Below, piece after piece: positions 39,865 to 51,364 of a DNA stretch of 64,000 nucleotides (within the stretch, counting starts at the first letter, position 1; each line of letters begins with the position of its first letter). Under the pieces are notes generated by a model that saw only the letters and a list, made by a program, of their open reading frames with translations, had not been told where the DNA came from and did no database searches. Source of the stretch: Cyanobacteria bacterium SIG31 (GTDB taxonomy: Bacteria > Cyanobacteriota > Vampirovibrionia > Gastranaerophilales > Gastranaerophilaceae); the NCBI GenBank assembly GCA_015152465.1, contig SUTX01000005.1:10528-74527 (forward strand), written 5' to 3'. The position numbers were made by a program, and so were the translations under genes.

Positions 39865-41064
39865 GTGTCATTAATAAGTAATAAAAGTTTTATACTAGAC
39901 GATGAAGATGATAAGGATATAGAGTCATATACCCTCCCATCGCTTGTTACAAATAAAGCTGAGGTTATACCTATAGAGAAATCTGTAACAGGCTCAGTAT
40001 TGCTTCACATTTTGACACCGACTCTCATATGGATAATTTCTGTTGTATTGCTTCTTATGGGGATTAATTTAAGCTTATTTAACAAGGTTAAACCCCAACC
40101 AAAACGTGATATAGAGTTTGTACTTGTTGATAAACCTGGTAAGCCACGAGATCCAAATACAAAAAATCGCTCTGACATGGACTCAAGAAGTGGAGGAGTA
40201 AATGATCCAAAACGCAAGGTATCTATGCCATCACCTAAACCTCAGAAGCAACAAAAACCTTCTGCGGCTGCCAATAGTGCAAATCAGATTATAAAGAAAC
40301 AACAACAGCAAGTAAAACAGCAAGCGGTACAGAAACCTAAACCAGTTGCTCAACCACAACCAAAACCAATGCCACAAACTAAGCAGGTTGCGCCTGTTGA
40401 AAAACCATCGCCAACAAAGCCTGCTCCACCGAGTGCAAGACCTAGTGCTAGACCGGTGTCAGCACCAGCCCCAGTAACTAAGCCAACGACACCGTTTAGT
40501 GTCCCAATACCGTCAAACGCACCTGTTGGTAAAACTTTGTCAACTGGACCTGTGGGTGGAACTTCTGCTCCTTCTGGAGTTGCAAAATCCGGTAGTGTTG
40601 GTGGTCCAGTAACAAGCTCTGGAGCTTATGCACCAAGGCCATCTCTATCACCATCAACTGGTAGTAGTGGTAATGGTCAATTGGCAAGAGGGACTGCTCC
40701 GAGTGGCACTGGGAATGTAGGTAATCCTGGTGGTGGTGGCGGAGCCCCAGGTATTGATGCTCTTAGAGAACCTGATTTCGGGCCGTATATGAGAGAACTT
40801 CAAAGACGTATTAAATTGAACTGGGATCCACCAAAAGGCAATGAAAGTAAAACGGTTGTATTATTATTTAAGATAGCTCGTGATGGACGCTTGTTGTCTT
40901 GCAGGGTGCACCGAAGCTCAGGCTTGCCGTCTGCGGATCAAGCTGCTCTAAAAGCTGTGGAGCTAACAGCTCCGTTTAGACCATTGCCGGCAGATTTTAA
41001 AGGCCAAAATATTGATATTCAGTTTACATTTGACTATAGAGTATTTGGAGCATCAAAATATTAG
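39865..41064 (+). CDS. TonB/TolA-family energy transducer
   Basis: TM anchor, Pro/Gln/Gly-rich spacer, C-terminal YMRELQRRIK.NW.PP...F.I.RDG...SSG...D.AAL.AV...PF.PLP. Confidence 0.88.
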   Translation: MSLISNKSFILDDEDDKDIESYTLPSLVTNKAEVIPIEKSVTGSVLLHILTPTLIWIISVVLLLMGINLSLFNKVKPQPKRDIEFVLVDKPGKPRDPNTKNRSDMDSRSGGVNDPKRKVSMPSPKPQKQQKPSAAANSANQIIKKQQQQVKQQAVQKPKPVAQPQPKPMPQTKQVAPVEKPSPTKPAPPSARPSARPVSAPAPVTKPTTPFSVPIPSNAPVGKTLSTGPVGGTSAPSGVAKSGSVGGPVTSSGAYAPRPSLSPSTGSSGNGQLARGTAPSGTGNVGNPGGGGGAPGIDALREPDFGPYMRELQRRIKLNWDPPKGNESKTVVLLFKIARDGRLLSCRVHRSSGLPSADQAALKAVELTAPFRPLPADFKGQNIDIQFTFDYRVFGASKY

Positions 41065-41121
41065 AGATAAATAAAAACTTAAAATAGAAATAAATTATTA
41101 TAAAAATAAGGGGATTTAATT

Positions 41122-41769
41122 ATGGATTTATTATTACACTCAATTCAACTAGACTGGCCGGTATTATTACCAATTTTCTTATGCTCTTTAGCAACAGTTG
41201 CAGTTGCAATTGACAGAATTGCTTTTTATAAAGCAAATAAAAGAAATGTTATTGAATTTATACCAAGATTGCAAAAGGAGCTAGTTAAGAATAATTTAAT
41301 GGGTGCCCAGAACTTAGCAGTACAATGTGGTGGTATTATCGGAGAAGTGACGGAAGAAGCTGTGAGAATTTTTTCTGAACAGAAAAAAGGATTCTCTCGA
41401 TCATTTGACATCGCATCAGCACTTGCTACAAGAAAACTAGAGCATAGGCTTACAATTCTTGGTACAATTGGTGGCGTTGCACCATTTTTAGGTTTGTTTG
41501 GTACTGTTGTAAGAATTCTTTATACATTCCAAGATTTAGCATCTCAAGGAAACCAATCTGCTGCTGTAGCAATGGGTATTGGTTCTGCACTTATTGCGAC
41601 GGCATTTGGTCTTGGAGTTGCGATTGTAGCGGTTGTATGTTACAACTCTTTCCAATCAACTGTGAGAAGATTTGAAGATGACTTCCAGTTGATAAAGTTA
41701 TTATTCTTGAGTTTTGCAGATTCTGATGAAGAAGCTGCTCTTCAATCTAAATCAAGCGTTGCATTATAA
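41122..41769 (+). CDS. ExbB/TolQ-family proton channel
   Basis: LGTIGGVAPFLGLFGTV, ALIATAFGLGVAI. Confidence 0.92.
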   Translation: MDLLLHSIQLDWPVLLPIFLCSLATVAVAIDRIAFYKANKRNVIEFIPRLQKELVKNNLMGAQNLAVQCGGIIGEVTEEAVRIFSEQKKGFSRSFDIASALATRKLEHRLTILGTIGGVAPFLGLFGTVVRILYTFQDLASQGNQSAAVAMGIGSALIATAFGLGVAIVAVVCYNSFQSTVRRFEDDFQLIKLLFLSFADSDEEAALQSKSSVAL

Positions 41770-41876
41770 GGGTAAATGTAAACCCGTATAGAGTCCGTTC
41801 AAAAGGCGTACGGACGGACTAAATGGCAAACTGGTAGAATTACGAAATGTACGCCGCCCAAAGGTTGTAAAAAAAA

Positions 41877-42410
41877 ATGGGAATAAAAACAGGGAAAAAA
41901 GCTTTATTTACAGAGATTAATATCACTCCGTTGACTGATATTTTCTTGGTGTTACTTATTATTATGATGGTAGTTGCACCTACGTTTCAATCAGTAGACA
42001 ATACAATAACTATTCCAGAGGTTAACAGCGGTGTATCTATTGAACAAGGTAAAGTTGTTGTTTCTGTTACTAAAGATGGAACAATATATGTAGATTCGAA
42101 GCGTTCTTCAGCAGAGACCTTAGTAGCTGATTTAGAAGCTGTGAAAATCCCAAGTGAAGAATTAGCAGAAGTGGTTGTTAAAGCTGATGAAAAAGTTAAA
42201 AGTTCCGTAATTATGACTATAATGGATGCTGCTCAAGATGCACATTATAAAAAATTAATTGTTGCAGGTGAACCTTTGAATAAAAAAGACCAAAAAAAGC
42301 TTGAAGAAAATTCAAAAACTGAAACTTCAAAATATACTTCAAATAATGTTATAAATGGTGCATCAACACCTTTACCACAAGATTCTCAATATGAAGATTG
42401 GAGTAACTAA
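41877..42410 (+). CDS. ExbD/TolR-family protein
   Basis: EINITPLTDIFLVLLIIMMV, VKADE. Confidence 0.92.
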   Translation: MGIKTGKKALFTEINITPLTDIFLVLLIIMMVVAPTFQSVDNTITIPEVNSGVSIEQGKVVVSVTKDGTIYVDSKRSSAETLVADLEAVKIPSEELAEVVVKADEKVKSSVIMTIMDAAQDAHYKKLIVAGEPLNKKDQKKLEENSKTETSKYTSNNVINGASTPLPQDSQYEDWSN

Positions 42411-42790
42411 TGAGAGATAGTTTTAATGAAATAAATATAACACCTCTAACGGACATATTTTTAGTATTGTTAATTATAATGATGGTGATTGCTCCTATGC
42501 TTGATCAACAGGGGTTGAATTTAGCTGTGCCAGAAGTTGTTAATGCTGAACAAATTAAAAAAGATACAAAAATAATGAGCATTGTTGTTACATCAGATAA
42601 TAGGTTTTTATTCAATGGTGAAGATGTGCAGTCTGTTGATTTAGAAATGTTCTTTAGTAAGCATTTTAAAGATTATCCTGATGGGCTTTTAATTCAGGCT
42701 GATGACAATTCTGAACACGGAGCTATTGTTCGAGTAATGGATTCAGCTAGAAATGTTGGTATAACAAGCATTTCTTTATCTAGAGGGTAG
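42410..42790 (+). CDS. Second ExbD/TolR-family protein
   Basis: EINITPLTDIFLVLLIIMMV, IQADD, TAATG overlap. Confidence 0.92.
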   Translation: MRDSFNEINITPLTDIFLVLLIIMMVIAPMLDQQGLNLAVPEVVNAEQIKKDTKIMSIVVTSDNRFLFNGEDVQSVDLEMFFSKHFKDYPDGLLIQADDNSEHGAIVRVMDSARNVGITSISLSRG

Positions 42791-42808
42791 TTATAATTTT
42801 TTTAGTAA

Positions 42809-43654
42809 TTATTTTATTAGTTTTAAACATAAATCATCAAATATGTTCACAGGTTTGATACCCAATTGAGCTTGCTTTATACAGTTTTCAATAATAGATA
42901 TATGTTCTATTAATTGAGTCTGTTTAGGATTTGTTTTTAGGATTTGTAAAATATAATTTTGTATGCATTGCAAAATCTCAATTGTTGAATACTCCTTTGT
43001 TAAATCTTGCAAGTTTTGTGAATGGTCAAATACATCTTTTCTTTCAAAATCCCAATAATTGTCAAAAATTCCAATAATAGGAGCATAATTGTAATCTGTT
43101 CTTACTGTAGATGGGACAAAGAAACATTGAGATCTGGAGACTATTGTAGTGAGTAAATCTTCTAAATATCTTGTAAGGAAAATGAAAGTTACACCATGTT
43201 GAGGTTCTTCAATAATTTTTAATAGTGAGTTTGCAGTTTCTTCTTGGAAGTTTGTGTGATTTAATCCAGAAATATTACCATTATCATCTCTGTCACAGAA
43301 AATGAAAACTCTATGAAATTCCGATGCGCTCATAAGAGTTTCTTTTATTAGCGTAGATTGTTTTAATGATATAACTGTCTTTGAATCGTCATCATCGGGT
43401 TTGTTGTCAAATTTTGAAATAGTCATTACAGCAGGATGAGAATTTTCATTTATCCATTTACAATTAAGGCAAGTGCAGTTATCATCCTTATCTTCTTTGC
43501 AATTTAAATATCTAGCAATTTCTTTAGCTAACACATATTGTGCATCTAGGTCGTTGCCATAAAACATTATGCATTGTGGTTTAGGCTTTTCTGTTGAATT
43601 TAATGCAAGCGTAAAGTAGTCTGTTAAAAATGGATATTTATTTGATAAGAGCAA
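42809..43654 (-). CDS. holB: DNA polymerase III delta-prime subunit
   Basis: C...CTCLNC zinc site, ANSLLKIIEEP, TIVSRSQ; adjacent to holA. Confidence 0.85.
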   Translation of the reverse strand: MLLSNKYPFLTDYFTLALNSTEKPKPQCIMFYGNDLDAQYVLAKEIARYLNCKEDKDDNCTCLNCKWINENSHPAVMTISKFDNKPDDDDSKTVISLKQSTLIKETLMSASEFHRVFIFCDRDDNGNISGLNHTNFQEETANSLLKIIEEPQHGVTFIFLTRYLEDLLTTIVSRSQCFFVPSTVRTDYNYAPIIGIFDNYWDFERKDVFDHSQNLQDLTKEYSTIEILQCIQNYILQILKTNPKQTQLIEHISIIENCIKQAQLGIKPVNIFDDLCLKLIK

Positions 43655-44639
43655 TTTCCACCTCCGAAATTATATCTAAGACTTCTCCAGACTTTATTCT
43701 GCACTCAACTTCATATAAATTTTGTTTTAATTTTACTAAGTCTGATAAATTTGTTGATTTAAGCTTTGTAAAAGTTTGTTTAATTAAAAAATCTTGCATT
43801 CCTGTAAGTTTTACGATTTCCAAGGTCGGATTTTTTCCATATTTTGTTTTGATGATAATCCATTTCCTTACTAAAGTTTGTAGTGTTGCAAGTATTTTGA
43901 GTGGATGGGTTTTTTCTGCAAGTTTTTTAAACTCTAATAAAGCTTTGTCCTTTTGATCTTTCATAATTAGTTCTGTGATGTTAAACAAATCTTGAGTCGA
44001 AACTATAATTTCTTTAACTAATAGTTCTGTTATGTTTTTTTCAGGATAAGCGATAAGTTTTAGTTTTTCTAGTTCTGTGTTGAGTAATCTTAAATCGTTG
44101 CCATTACTTTCAATAAGTAGTTTAATTGCATCTTCTTTTAATGTTATATCATTTTTTTTCGCCTGTTGCTTTATCCAATAGGCTATTTCATCTGTTTTAT
44201 AAGTTTTAAATACTGGAAACTCTTGAGTGTTAAACTGGTTCAGAATTTTGTAAATTTTTCTTCTGCTATCTATTTTTTTGTTTTCGTCTCTTGGTAATTT
44301 GACCACAAAAACAATGTTTAAGCTTTCTGGGTTGTTTTTTAAAGCATTTTCTATATCTTCAAGTTCTTTCTCTTCAAAAAAATTCTTTTGTGAATTAAAA
44401 TATTTTTCAGCATTTATTACAACAAGCATGTCTCCAAACATCATTGGAGGAGTTCTTAATGCAGTAATTAATTCAGGGTACTGTGGATTATCCAAAGTTT
44501 GATAATTCATTGCAAGAAAATCTTTATTAAGCTTAGATTTCATTTCATTAAGCTTAAGTTCAATATTAAAATCTTCATCCCCGTAAAAAAAATAAACTGC
44601 CATATTTGGATTATACAATAAAAAAAGAAAAGCTCCCAA
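43638..44639 (-). CDS. holA: DNA polymerase III delta subunit
   Basis: YFFYGDEDF, GNDLRLLNTELEKL, length and context. Confidence 0.88.
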   Translation of the reverse strand: MGAFLFLLYNPNMAVYFFYGDEDFNIELKLNEMKSKLNKDFLAMNYQTLDNPQYPELITALRTPPMMFGDMLVVINAEKYFNSQKNFFEEKELEDIENALKNNPESLNIVFVVKLPRDENKKIDSRRKIYKILNQFNTQEFPVFKTYKTDEIAYWIKQQAKKNDITLKEDAIKLLIESNGNDLRLLNTELEKLKLIAYPEKNITELLVKEIIVSTQDLFNITELIMKDQKDKALLEFKKLAEKTHPLKILATLQTLVRKWIIIKTKYGKNPTLEIVKLTGMQDFLIKQTFTKLKSTNLSDLVKLKQNLYEVECRIKSGEVLDIISEVEIALIK

Positions 44640-44702
44640 TGGGAGCCAAAAACTTTGTAAGATGTAAGATAGTTATATAAGAGAGTTTTAATAAAATCTT
44701 TC

Positions 44703-44945
44703 TTAAACTGCTTCTGTTTGGACATACTTCGCCGACTTTGCGACGACGCCATAACAGACAACAGTCAACCTGTTATTTAATGCTAACATTGTTCGATAGG
44801 TGTCTGCAGATGCTTTCATTGCTTCTAGCATCTCATCGGCCGATACTCTTGATACTAAGGAATCCGCATCATGATTATCAACTTTTTCTTGTGCGTATTT
44901 TTCTACTAATAATTTGTCAATAAAATCTCTTGCACCAATTGCCAT
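44703..44945 (-). CDS. Small hypothetical protein
   Basis: RBS aggagag, 80 aa. Confidence 0.6.
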   Translation of the reverse strand: MAIGARDFIDKLLVEKYAQEKVDNHDADSLVSRVSADEMLEAMKASADTYRTMLALNNRLTVVCYGVVAKSAKYVQTEAV

Positions 44946-45199
44946 AAGTGTACTCTCCTATTTAATAACTATTCTCTTTTGATAGTATAAATTTAAAGCA
45001 ACGGTTAATTGCTAAAAACTTATTTTTTATCTCTCTTGTATATATAAAGTATATTAATGTAAAAAAATTGCTTTTTTTTTATAGTTTTCTTAACAATTCT
45101 TAATATATGTGTTAAATTTTTTAGTTTTTAAGAGTAAATTGTAAATTTTTATGTTTTTTATCTTCAATTTAGTATTTCAATGTTATATAATATGGGTAT

Positions 45200-45418
45200 A
45201 TGTATATCGTTAAGAATCTGAAGGACTATGATTTGTCCCAGAAGCAAAGAATTTTTGCTGGCTATATTAAGGATAATGTGGATTCGTTTGTATGCTATGA
45301 AAAAGTGACAAACCGTAATGCTTTGCGTAAATATTTTGCTTCAGATAATGATTATGAAATTTATTCTACTGCAATTGCTGATCCTGCGTTGTTACTTAAG
45401 CGAGCAATTGCTGGTTAG
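45200..45418 (+). CDS. Small hypothetical protein
   Basis: 72-aa ORF in its own intergenic space, TATAAT upstream. Confidence 0.55.
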   Translation: MYIVKNLKDYDLSQKQRIFAGYIKDNVDSFVCYEKVTNRNALRKYFASDNDYEIYSTAIADPALLLKRAIAG

Positions 45419-45521
45419 TTTGAGCTGAATTTTTTCTTATTTTTTGCTTAAAAATTCTTGACTATGTCATATTTTTTAGCTATTCTAAATAGTTGAAAGA
45501 TAGGGATTTTACGGAGAGCTA

Positions 45522-46715
45522 ATGAGAAAAAATGTTATTATAATAATCTTAATTGCGATAATATTAATTTTAGGTCGCATGTTTCTATCTAATTGGGATA
45601 GAATAAAGACAGCTAAGGCTAGAGCTGGTGCCAGTGTTCCTGTTGTATCGGTTGAACCAATAGCTAGTGAAAATGTAATCAGGCAATTTGAAGCTCCTGC
45701 AAGAGTTGTTGCAAAATATAGAGTAGATGTACTAGCTCGTATTAGTGGGTATTTAACTAAAAGTTATTTTAAAGAAGGCGATTATGTAAAAGCTGGGCAG
45801 GTGTTGTTTGAAATAGAACCTGAACAATACCAATATGCTGCATCACAGGCAAAGGCTAATCTTGACAATATTCAATCGCAAGCAGATTATTATCAAAAAC
45901 AATTATCTCGTTATGAAGAGTTAGTGAAGCAAGATTATGTAGCTAAATCAGACTACGATAATATATTAGCGCAGAAAAATGCGTATAATGCACAAGTTGA
46001 AAGTGCAATAAGTGCTTATCGAGATGCTCAAAGAAATTTAGGGTATACAAAAGTAAAATCACCTGTTAATGGAAGAGTCGGCTTAATCTCAGTTACTGTA
46101 GGGAACTTTGTTTCAATGGCAAGTCAACCATTGACAACTATTAATAGCTCAGAACCAATGTATGTAACTTTTCCGCTAGACGCAAAAGATTATGTTGAAT
46201 TGGTTAGAGTTGATAAATCTGCAAACGTAGATCGCAATGTTGATTTTATATTCAGTACGGGAAGAAAATATGAGTTGCAAGGAGTTCAGGATTTTCATGA
46301 TAACAAAATTGATGAAACTACGGGTACTATTATTTTGAGAGCAACATTCCCTAATCCTAATGACGAATTGATACAAGGTGATTTTGGAACAGTCATAATC
46401 TACTCTAAATCTAAAGACGAGGTCCCTGTTGTACCACAAAGTGCGACAATGGAAAATCAGGAAGGCAGATTTGTTTATGTACTTGATGAACAAGATTTAC
46501 CAAGGATGGTTTATATAAAAACAGGTGGTCAAACAAATGATGGCAAATGGATTATCTCAAGTGGCGTTAAAGCTGGTGAGAGGATTGTAACAAGTGGGTT
46601 GCAAAAAATCATGCCAGGTAGACCTGTAAAAATTATCAATACCTCTACTGAAAAACCAGTAGAAAAAGAGAATGTTACTTTATTGAAAAAGTTGAGTAAA
46701 AAGGTTAAAAAGTAA
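45522..46715 (+). CDS. RND efflux periplasmic adaptor subunit
   Basis: ARISGYL, VKAGQVLFEI, LGYTKVKSPVNGRVG, TGTIILRATFPNP. Confidence 0.93.
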   Translation: MRKNVIIIILIAIILILGRMFLSNWDRIKTAKARAGASVPVVSVEPIASENVIRQFEAPARVVAKYRVDVLARISGYLTKSYFKEGDYVKAGQVLFEIEPEQYQYAASQAKANLDNIQSQADYYQKQLSRYEELVKQDYVAKSDYDNILAQKNAYNAQVESAISAYRDAQRNLGYTKVKSPVNGRVGLISVTVGNFVSMASQPLTTINSSEPMYVTFPLDAKDYVELVRVDKSANVDRNVDFIFSTGRKYELQGVQDFHDNKIDETTGTIILRATFPNPNDELIQGDFGTVIIYSKSKDEVPVVPQSATMENQEGRFVYVLDEQDLPRMVYIKTGGQTNDGKWIISSGVKAGERIVTSGLQKIMPGRPVKIINTSTEKPVEKENVTLLKKLSKKVKK

Positions 46716-46726
46716 GGGATATATAA

Positions 46727-49700
46727 ATGGCAGGTAATTTATTTATAAAAAGACCAAAGTTTGCGATAGTTATATCGTTAGCAATTATATTAGCTGGTTT
46801 GATTTCAATGACTACATTGCCATTAGAACAATATCCGTCAATAACGCCTCCTCAAGTTATTGTTACGGCCAATTATGCTGGTGCAAGTTCAGATGTAATA
46901 ACATCAACAATTGCTGCTCCGGTCGAGCTACAATTAAACGGCGTAGAAGACATGATATATATGACATCTGAGTCTTCAAACGGACAATATAAATTAACTT
47001 TGTTTTTTGAGGTTGGTTCAGATCCTGATATGGCTTTAGTAAATGTTCAGAATAGGTTACAGCTTGTTACTCCACGTTTACCGGAAGAAGTTAAACGATA
47101 TGGGTTAACTGTTCGTAAATCAACTGGCGGTCCTGGCTGTTTAATGATATCATTAACCTCTCCTAATAAAACATACAATTCATTGTTTCTAGCTAACTAT
47201 GCAACAATGTTTGTAAAAGATGAAATTGCTCGTATAAAAGGCTGTGGTATAGTAAACGTATTTGGTGCGGGTGATTATTCTATGCGTATCTGGTTAAAAC
47301 CAGATAAAATGGCAAGTTTGGGAGTATCAACTTCAGATATTAGCAATGCTGTAAATTATCAAAATATACAAACTCCAGCTGGTAATATTGGGGTTGAGCC
47401 GATGGAATCTCCTCAGGTAATGAAGTTTACTTTACGAACCAAAGGTCGTTTAAAGACAGTTGAAGAATTTGAAAATATTGTAGTTAAGTCAAATAGAGAC
47501 GGTTCAAACGTTAAATTGAAAGATGTTGCTAGAGTTGAGTTAGGAGCTGAAATGTATTCGTCATCTGCAACTATTGCAGGGGCTGATTCTGCAATGATTT
47601 CAATTGCACAATTACCAGAAGCTAATACAATTGATTTGGTAAATAGAATTGAAGCAAAAATGGAAGAACTAAGTAAAGGTTTTCCAAATGACTTAGTTTA
47701 TAATGTACAGTACGATGATACAGAGTTCGTTAGAGAATCTATTAAGGAAGTTGTTCACGCTATAGTTCTTGCAATCATATTAGTAAGTGCGGTTACTTAT
47801 TTGTTCTTAGGTACTGCTAGAGCTTCATTTATACCTTTCTGTGCAATTCCGGTATCTCTAATTGGTGTGTTTATATTTATGGCTTTAATGGGCTTTTCTA
47901 TAAATTTACTGATATTGTTTGGTCTTGTATTAGCTGTTGGGCTTGTTGTTGACGATGCTATTGTTGTGCTTGAGAATACTCAAAGGCATATTCAAGATGG
48001 TAAAAATCCAAAAGAAGCAACAGAGATTACAATGGTAGAAGTTTTTGGTGCGGTTGTTGCAACATCTTTGGTTCTGATGGCTGTTTTTGTACCGGTCTCT
48101 TTTATGACTGGTATAACAGGACAAATGTTTAGACAGTTTGCAGTTTGTATTGCCACTTCTATAGGGTTGTCGACAGTTGTTGCATTGACTTTATCACCAG
48201 CGTTATGTTCTATGATTTTAAAATCTGGAGATGAACAGACCGATTTTGAATTTATTAAAAAATTTGAAAATTGGTTTAATGGAGTTCGTGATAAGTACTT
48301 GTTAGGTGTTGAATATTTTGTTAGGTCCCCGAAAAAAACAATCTCTGTTTTAGGTGGGGTTGTTGTATTTATTTTATTTATGTTCTGGATAACTCCAACA
48401 GGATTTTTACCTGATGAAGATAGGGGTGCGTTTTTTACACAGGTTCAATTGCCCGATGGAGCGACTCTTTCAAGAACCGGTGAAATTGCACAGGGTATTA
48501 CTGATCAAATTATGCAAATACCAGGTGTAGCAAGTATAATTCAAGTTAATGGATTTAATGGCGAAAATACTGCCTTTATTGTCACTAGATTAAAACCTTG
48601 GAGTGAAAGAAAATCTAAGAAACTTTCAATAAATAATATAATCTCTCAAGTAAATGCAATTACGGCAAAAGAGATTAATGCTGTTTCGTTTACTACACAA
48701 CCTCCAGCAATATCAGGAATGGGTATGTTCGGTGGTTTTGAATATCAACTATTAGATAAAGGTGATAGAACGTCTGATGAATTATTTAAAGAAGCTCAGG
48801 GATTTTTAGGTGTTGCAAGACAAGATTCAGCTTTTGCAAGTTTATATACTTCTTTTACATCTTCTTTACCACAAGTAGTAGTAAATGTTGAAGAAGAAAA
48901 AGCTTTGGCTCAAGGGGTTCCTATTTCAGAAATTTATGCTACTTTAGCTGCACAATTTGGAGCTTCTTATATAAATGACTTTAATAAATATGGTAGAGTT
49001 TACCGTGTTTATATGCAAGCAGATGCACCTTACCGTGCGACTATGGGTGATTTAAATAAAGTTTATGTAAAGAATAATCAAGGTAAAATGTTGCCGATTA
49101 CTTCTGTAATAACAACAAAAAATATTGTAGGGCCATATAAATTAACAAGATTTAATATGTATCCAGCAATAACAATTAATGGTACACCTGCAAATGGAGT
49201 TAGCTCGGGTAAGGCTATGGAAGAGATGGAAATTCTTTCTGATAAGAATTTGCCAAAAGATATGAGTTATGCTTGGTCAGGTACTTCATTACAAGAGAAA
49301 AATTCAGCTGGACAAATTGGTCCAATTCTAACAATGGCTTTGACTTTTGTATATCTATTTTTAGTTGCATTATATGAAAGTTGGACCTTACCTATCGCAG
49401 TATTGATGATTTCACCAATAGCTTTATTAGGGGCTTTATTCTTCCAATATGTTTCTGGTTTGGTTCTTGATATATATGCTCAAGTAGGTTTAGTTATGTT
49501 GATTGGTTTAAGTACTAAACAAGCAATTCTTATTGTTGAATTTGCGAAAGATGCAATGGAAAAAGATGGAGTTAATTATGTAGAAGCTGCAATGCAAGCA
49601 GCATCATTACGTTTTAGAGCTGTTATGATGACAAATATAGCATTTATCTTGGGTCTTTTACCTTTGGTATTTGCTCATGGTGCTGGTGCAGGTAGTAGAC

Positions 49701-49843
49701 ATTCTATAGGTGTTTCAGTCTTTGGTGGAATGATGGCTGTTGCTTTTATAGGTAGTCTTTTAGTGCCTGCTTTCTTTGTTGCAATTAATGTAATGAAAGA
49801 AAAATCAGCGGATTATATCCAAAAGTTAAGGAATAAAAAATAA
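46727..49843 (+). CDS. RND efflux permease (AcrB/HAE1 family)
   Basis: [37 protein letters not shown]; 1038 aa. Confidence 0.96.
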   Translation: MAGNLFIKRPKFAIVISLAIILAGLISMTTLPLEQYPSITPPQVIVTANYAGASSDVITSTIAAPVELQLNGVEDMIYMTSESSNGQYKLTLFFEVGSDPDMALVNVQNRLQLVTPRLPEEVKRYGLTVRKSTGGPGCLMISLTSPNKTYNSLFLANYATMFVKDEIARIKGCGIVNVFGAGDYSMRIWLKPDKMASLGVSTSDISNAVNYQNIQTPAGNIGVEPMESPQVMKFTLRTKGRLKTVEEFENIVVKSNRDGSNVKLKDVARVELGAEMYSSSATIAGADSAMISIAQLPEANTIDLVNRIEAKMEELSKGFPNDLVYNVQYDDTEFVRESIKEVVHAIVLAIILVSAVTYLFLGTARASFIPFCAIPVSLIGVFIFMALMGFSINLLILFGLVLAVGLVVDDAIVVLENTQRHIQDGKNPKEATEITMVEVFGAVVATSLVLMAVFVPVSFMTGITGQMFRQFAVCIATSIGLSTVVALTLSPALCSMILKSGDEQTDFEFIKKFENWFNGVRDKYLLGVEYFVRSPKKTISVLGGVVVFILFMFWITPTGFLPDEDRGAFFTQVQLPDGATLSRTGEIAQGITDQIMQIPGVASIIQVNGFNGENTAFIVTRLKPWSERKSKKLSINNIISQVNAITAKEINAVSFTTQPPAISGMGMFGGFEYQLLDKGDRTSDELFKEAQGFLGVARQDSAFASLYTSFTSSLPQVVVNVEEEKALAQGVPISEIYATLAAQFGASYINDFNKYGRVYRVYMQADAPYRATMGDLNKVYVKNNQGKMLPITSVITTKNIVGPYKLTRFNMYPAITINGTPANGVSSGKAMEEMEILSDKNLPKDMSYAWSGTSLQEKNSAGQIGPILTMALTFVYLFLVALYESWTLPIAVLMISPIALLGALFFQYVSGLVLDIYAQVGLVMLIGLSTKQAILIVEFAKDAMEKDGVNYVEAAMQAASLRFRAVMMTNIAFILGLLPLVFAHGAGAGSRHSIGVSVFGGMMAVAFIGSLLVPAFFVAINVMKEKSADYIQKLRNKK

Positions 49844-51301
49844 ATGAAGAATAAGGTAATTGCACTCTTAATATTATTGTTAATAACAAATTCTATGCCT
49901 ATTTGGGCTGGGGATTCTGATTATAGTATAGGTAATGAAATCCAGAAAGAGGAATTCCCTGAAAGTGAAGATGTAGAACCAACATCTCCAACCTTTGTTA
50001 TTAAAGGGGGTGTAGAAGAAGTAACAGATATAAACTTAGAGGAATGTTTGCGCTGTGCTTTAGGGAATAATCCAAGGATACAAGCTGCATTACAAGATGT
50101 TTTTGCATCTGATGCAAGAATTAAGCAAGCTTGGTCTGCATATTTCCCTCAGTTTAGTTGGCAAACAGGTTATACTCGTATCAAACAGTTACAATTATCA
50201 GATGCATTAGGGCGTAATTTGATATTTAACTATTATGTACTAGGGCAAATTACTGCTTCTCAGATGCTTTATGACTTTGGTGTGACTCAAAACATTGCAA
50301 CAATTCGTAAATTAGACAATCAAGGCTATAAAATAATGTTAACTGGTACTGTTAATGATGTCGTTTGTGAAGTAAAAAAAGCCTATTATAACTTACAGTA
50401 TGCGTTAGAAGCTAAAAAAGTAGCGCAAGAAATGGTTTTGCGATATGAGGCGTTTTATAATCAGGCTAAAGGCTTCTATGTGGCGGGAACTTCACCCAAA
50501 GTTGATGTGACGATAGCAGAAGTGAATTTGAGTAATTCTAAACTTATGCTTATACAAGCTGAGAATGCTGTAGAAATTGCTATGGCAAAGCTTAATAACG
50601 CAATGGGCTTACCTTATTCTAATAGATATAATATTTCAGATAACTTAAAATACAATCCTTGTGATATAACACTTACAGAAGCTATTGATGTCGCAAGAGA
50701 ATCTAGACCAGAATTTCAACTAGCAGAGGTGAAAGTTGAAGAAGCCCGACAAAATGTTAAACTTGTTAAGAAATCATACTTCCCTCAACTTACTGTTGAA
50801 GGACAGTATCAGATTGGTGGTCGCTCGTTTACTTCTAATTATGGTTACAATGTTGGTAGCTATTTAAACTTTCCAACGATTAACGGTATGTTGATAAGAA
50901 ATGAAATAAAAGAAGCTAAGGCTCTGCACTCAAGGGAACAAGCACAGGCTTCTAATACAAAAAATAATATTTATTATGAAATTCAACAAGCTTTTTATTC
51001 TATGGTTGAGAAGAAAAATTCAATACCAGTTTCTTTTTTAGGTTTAAAACAAGCTAAAGAAAACTATGATTTGTCATATGGACGTTATAAAGTTGGGGTC
51101 GGTAATCCTGTAGAATTGAAAGAAGCTCAGGTCCAATATCAAAATGCAATGCTTCAATATTATAATTCACTTTATCAATTTAATTCAGCAAGAGCTGATT
51201 TAGAAAAGTATATCGGTAAAAATTTAGCTAACGGGGAAGTGCAACTCGATTCTCAACAAAATAATTTAAATACAAAAAAACGATCAAAGAAAAAATCTTA
51301 G
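49844..51301 (+). CDS. TolC-family outer membrane efflux protein
   Basis: Signal peptide, NNPRI, YFPQ, RYKVGVG...EL. Confidence 0.92.
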   Translation: MKNKVIALLILLLITNSMPIWAGDSDYSIGNEIQKEEFPESEDVEPTSPTFVIKGGVEEVTDINLEECLRCALGNNPRIQAALQDVFASDARIKQAWSAYFPQFSWQTGYTRIKQLQLSDALGRNLIFNYYVLGQITASQMLYDFGVTQNIATIRKLDNQGYKIMLTGTVNDVVCEVKKAYYNLQYALEAKKVAQEMVLRYEAFYNQAKGFYVAGTSPKVDVTIAEVNLSNSKLMLIQAENAVEIAMAKLNNAMGLPYSNRYNISDNLKYNPCDITLTEAIDVARESRPEFQLAEVKVEEARQNVKLVKKSYFPQLTVEGQYQIGGRSFTSNYGYNVGSYLNFPTINGMLIRNEIKEAKALHSREQAQASNTKNNIYYEIQQAFYSMVEKKNSIPVSFLGLKQAKENYDLSYGRYKVGVGNPVELKEAQVQYQNAMLQYYNSLYQFNSARADLEKYIGKNLANGEVQLDSQQNNLNTKKRSKKKS

Positions 51302-51364
51302 TATATTTAATGTATTGAGCCAAAATTTAATATGTAATATAATTAAATAAATAGGAGATAGAGC

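Noticed and set aside
40220-40760. Pro/Gln/Gly-rich low-complexity tract as a novel repeat element
   Set aside because: Explained as the periplasm-spanning linker of the TonB-family protein
41824-41865. c-di-GMP-I riboswitch suggested by GGCAAAC
   Set aside because: Lacks the GAAA tetraloop stem and the GACGCAAAG/receptor elements
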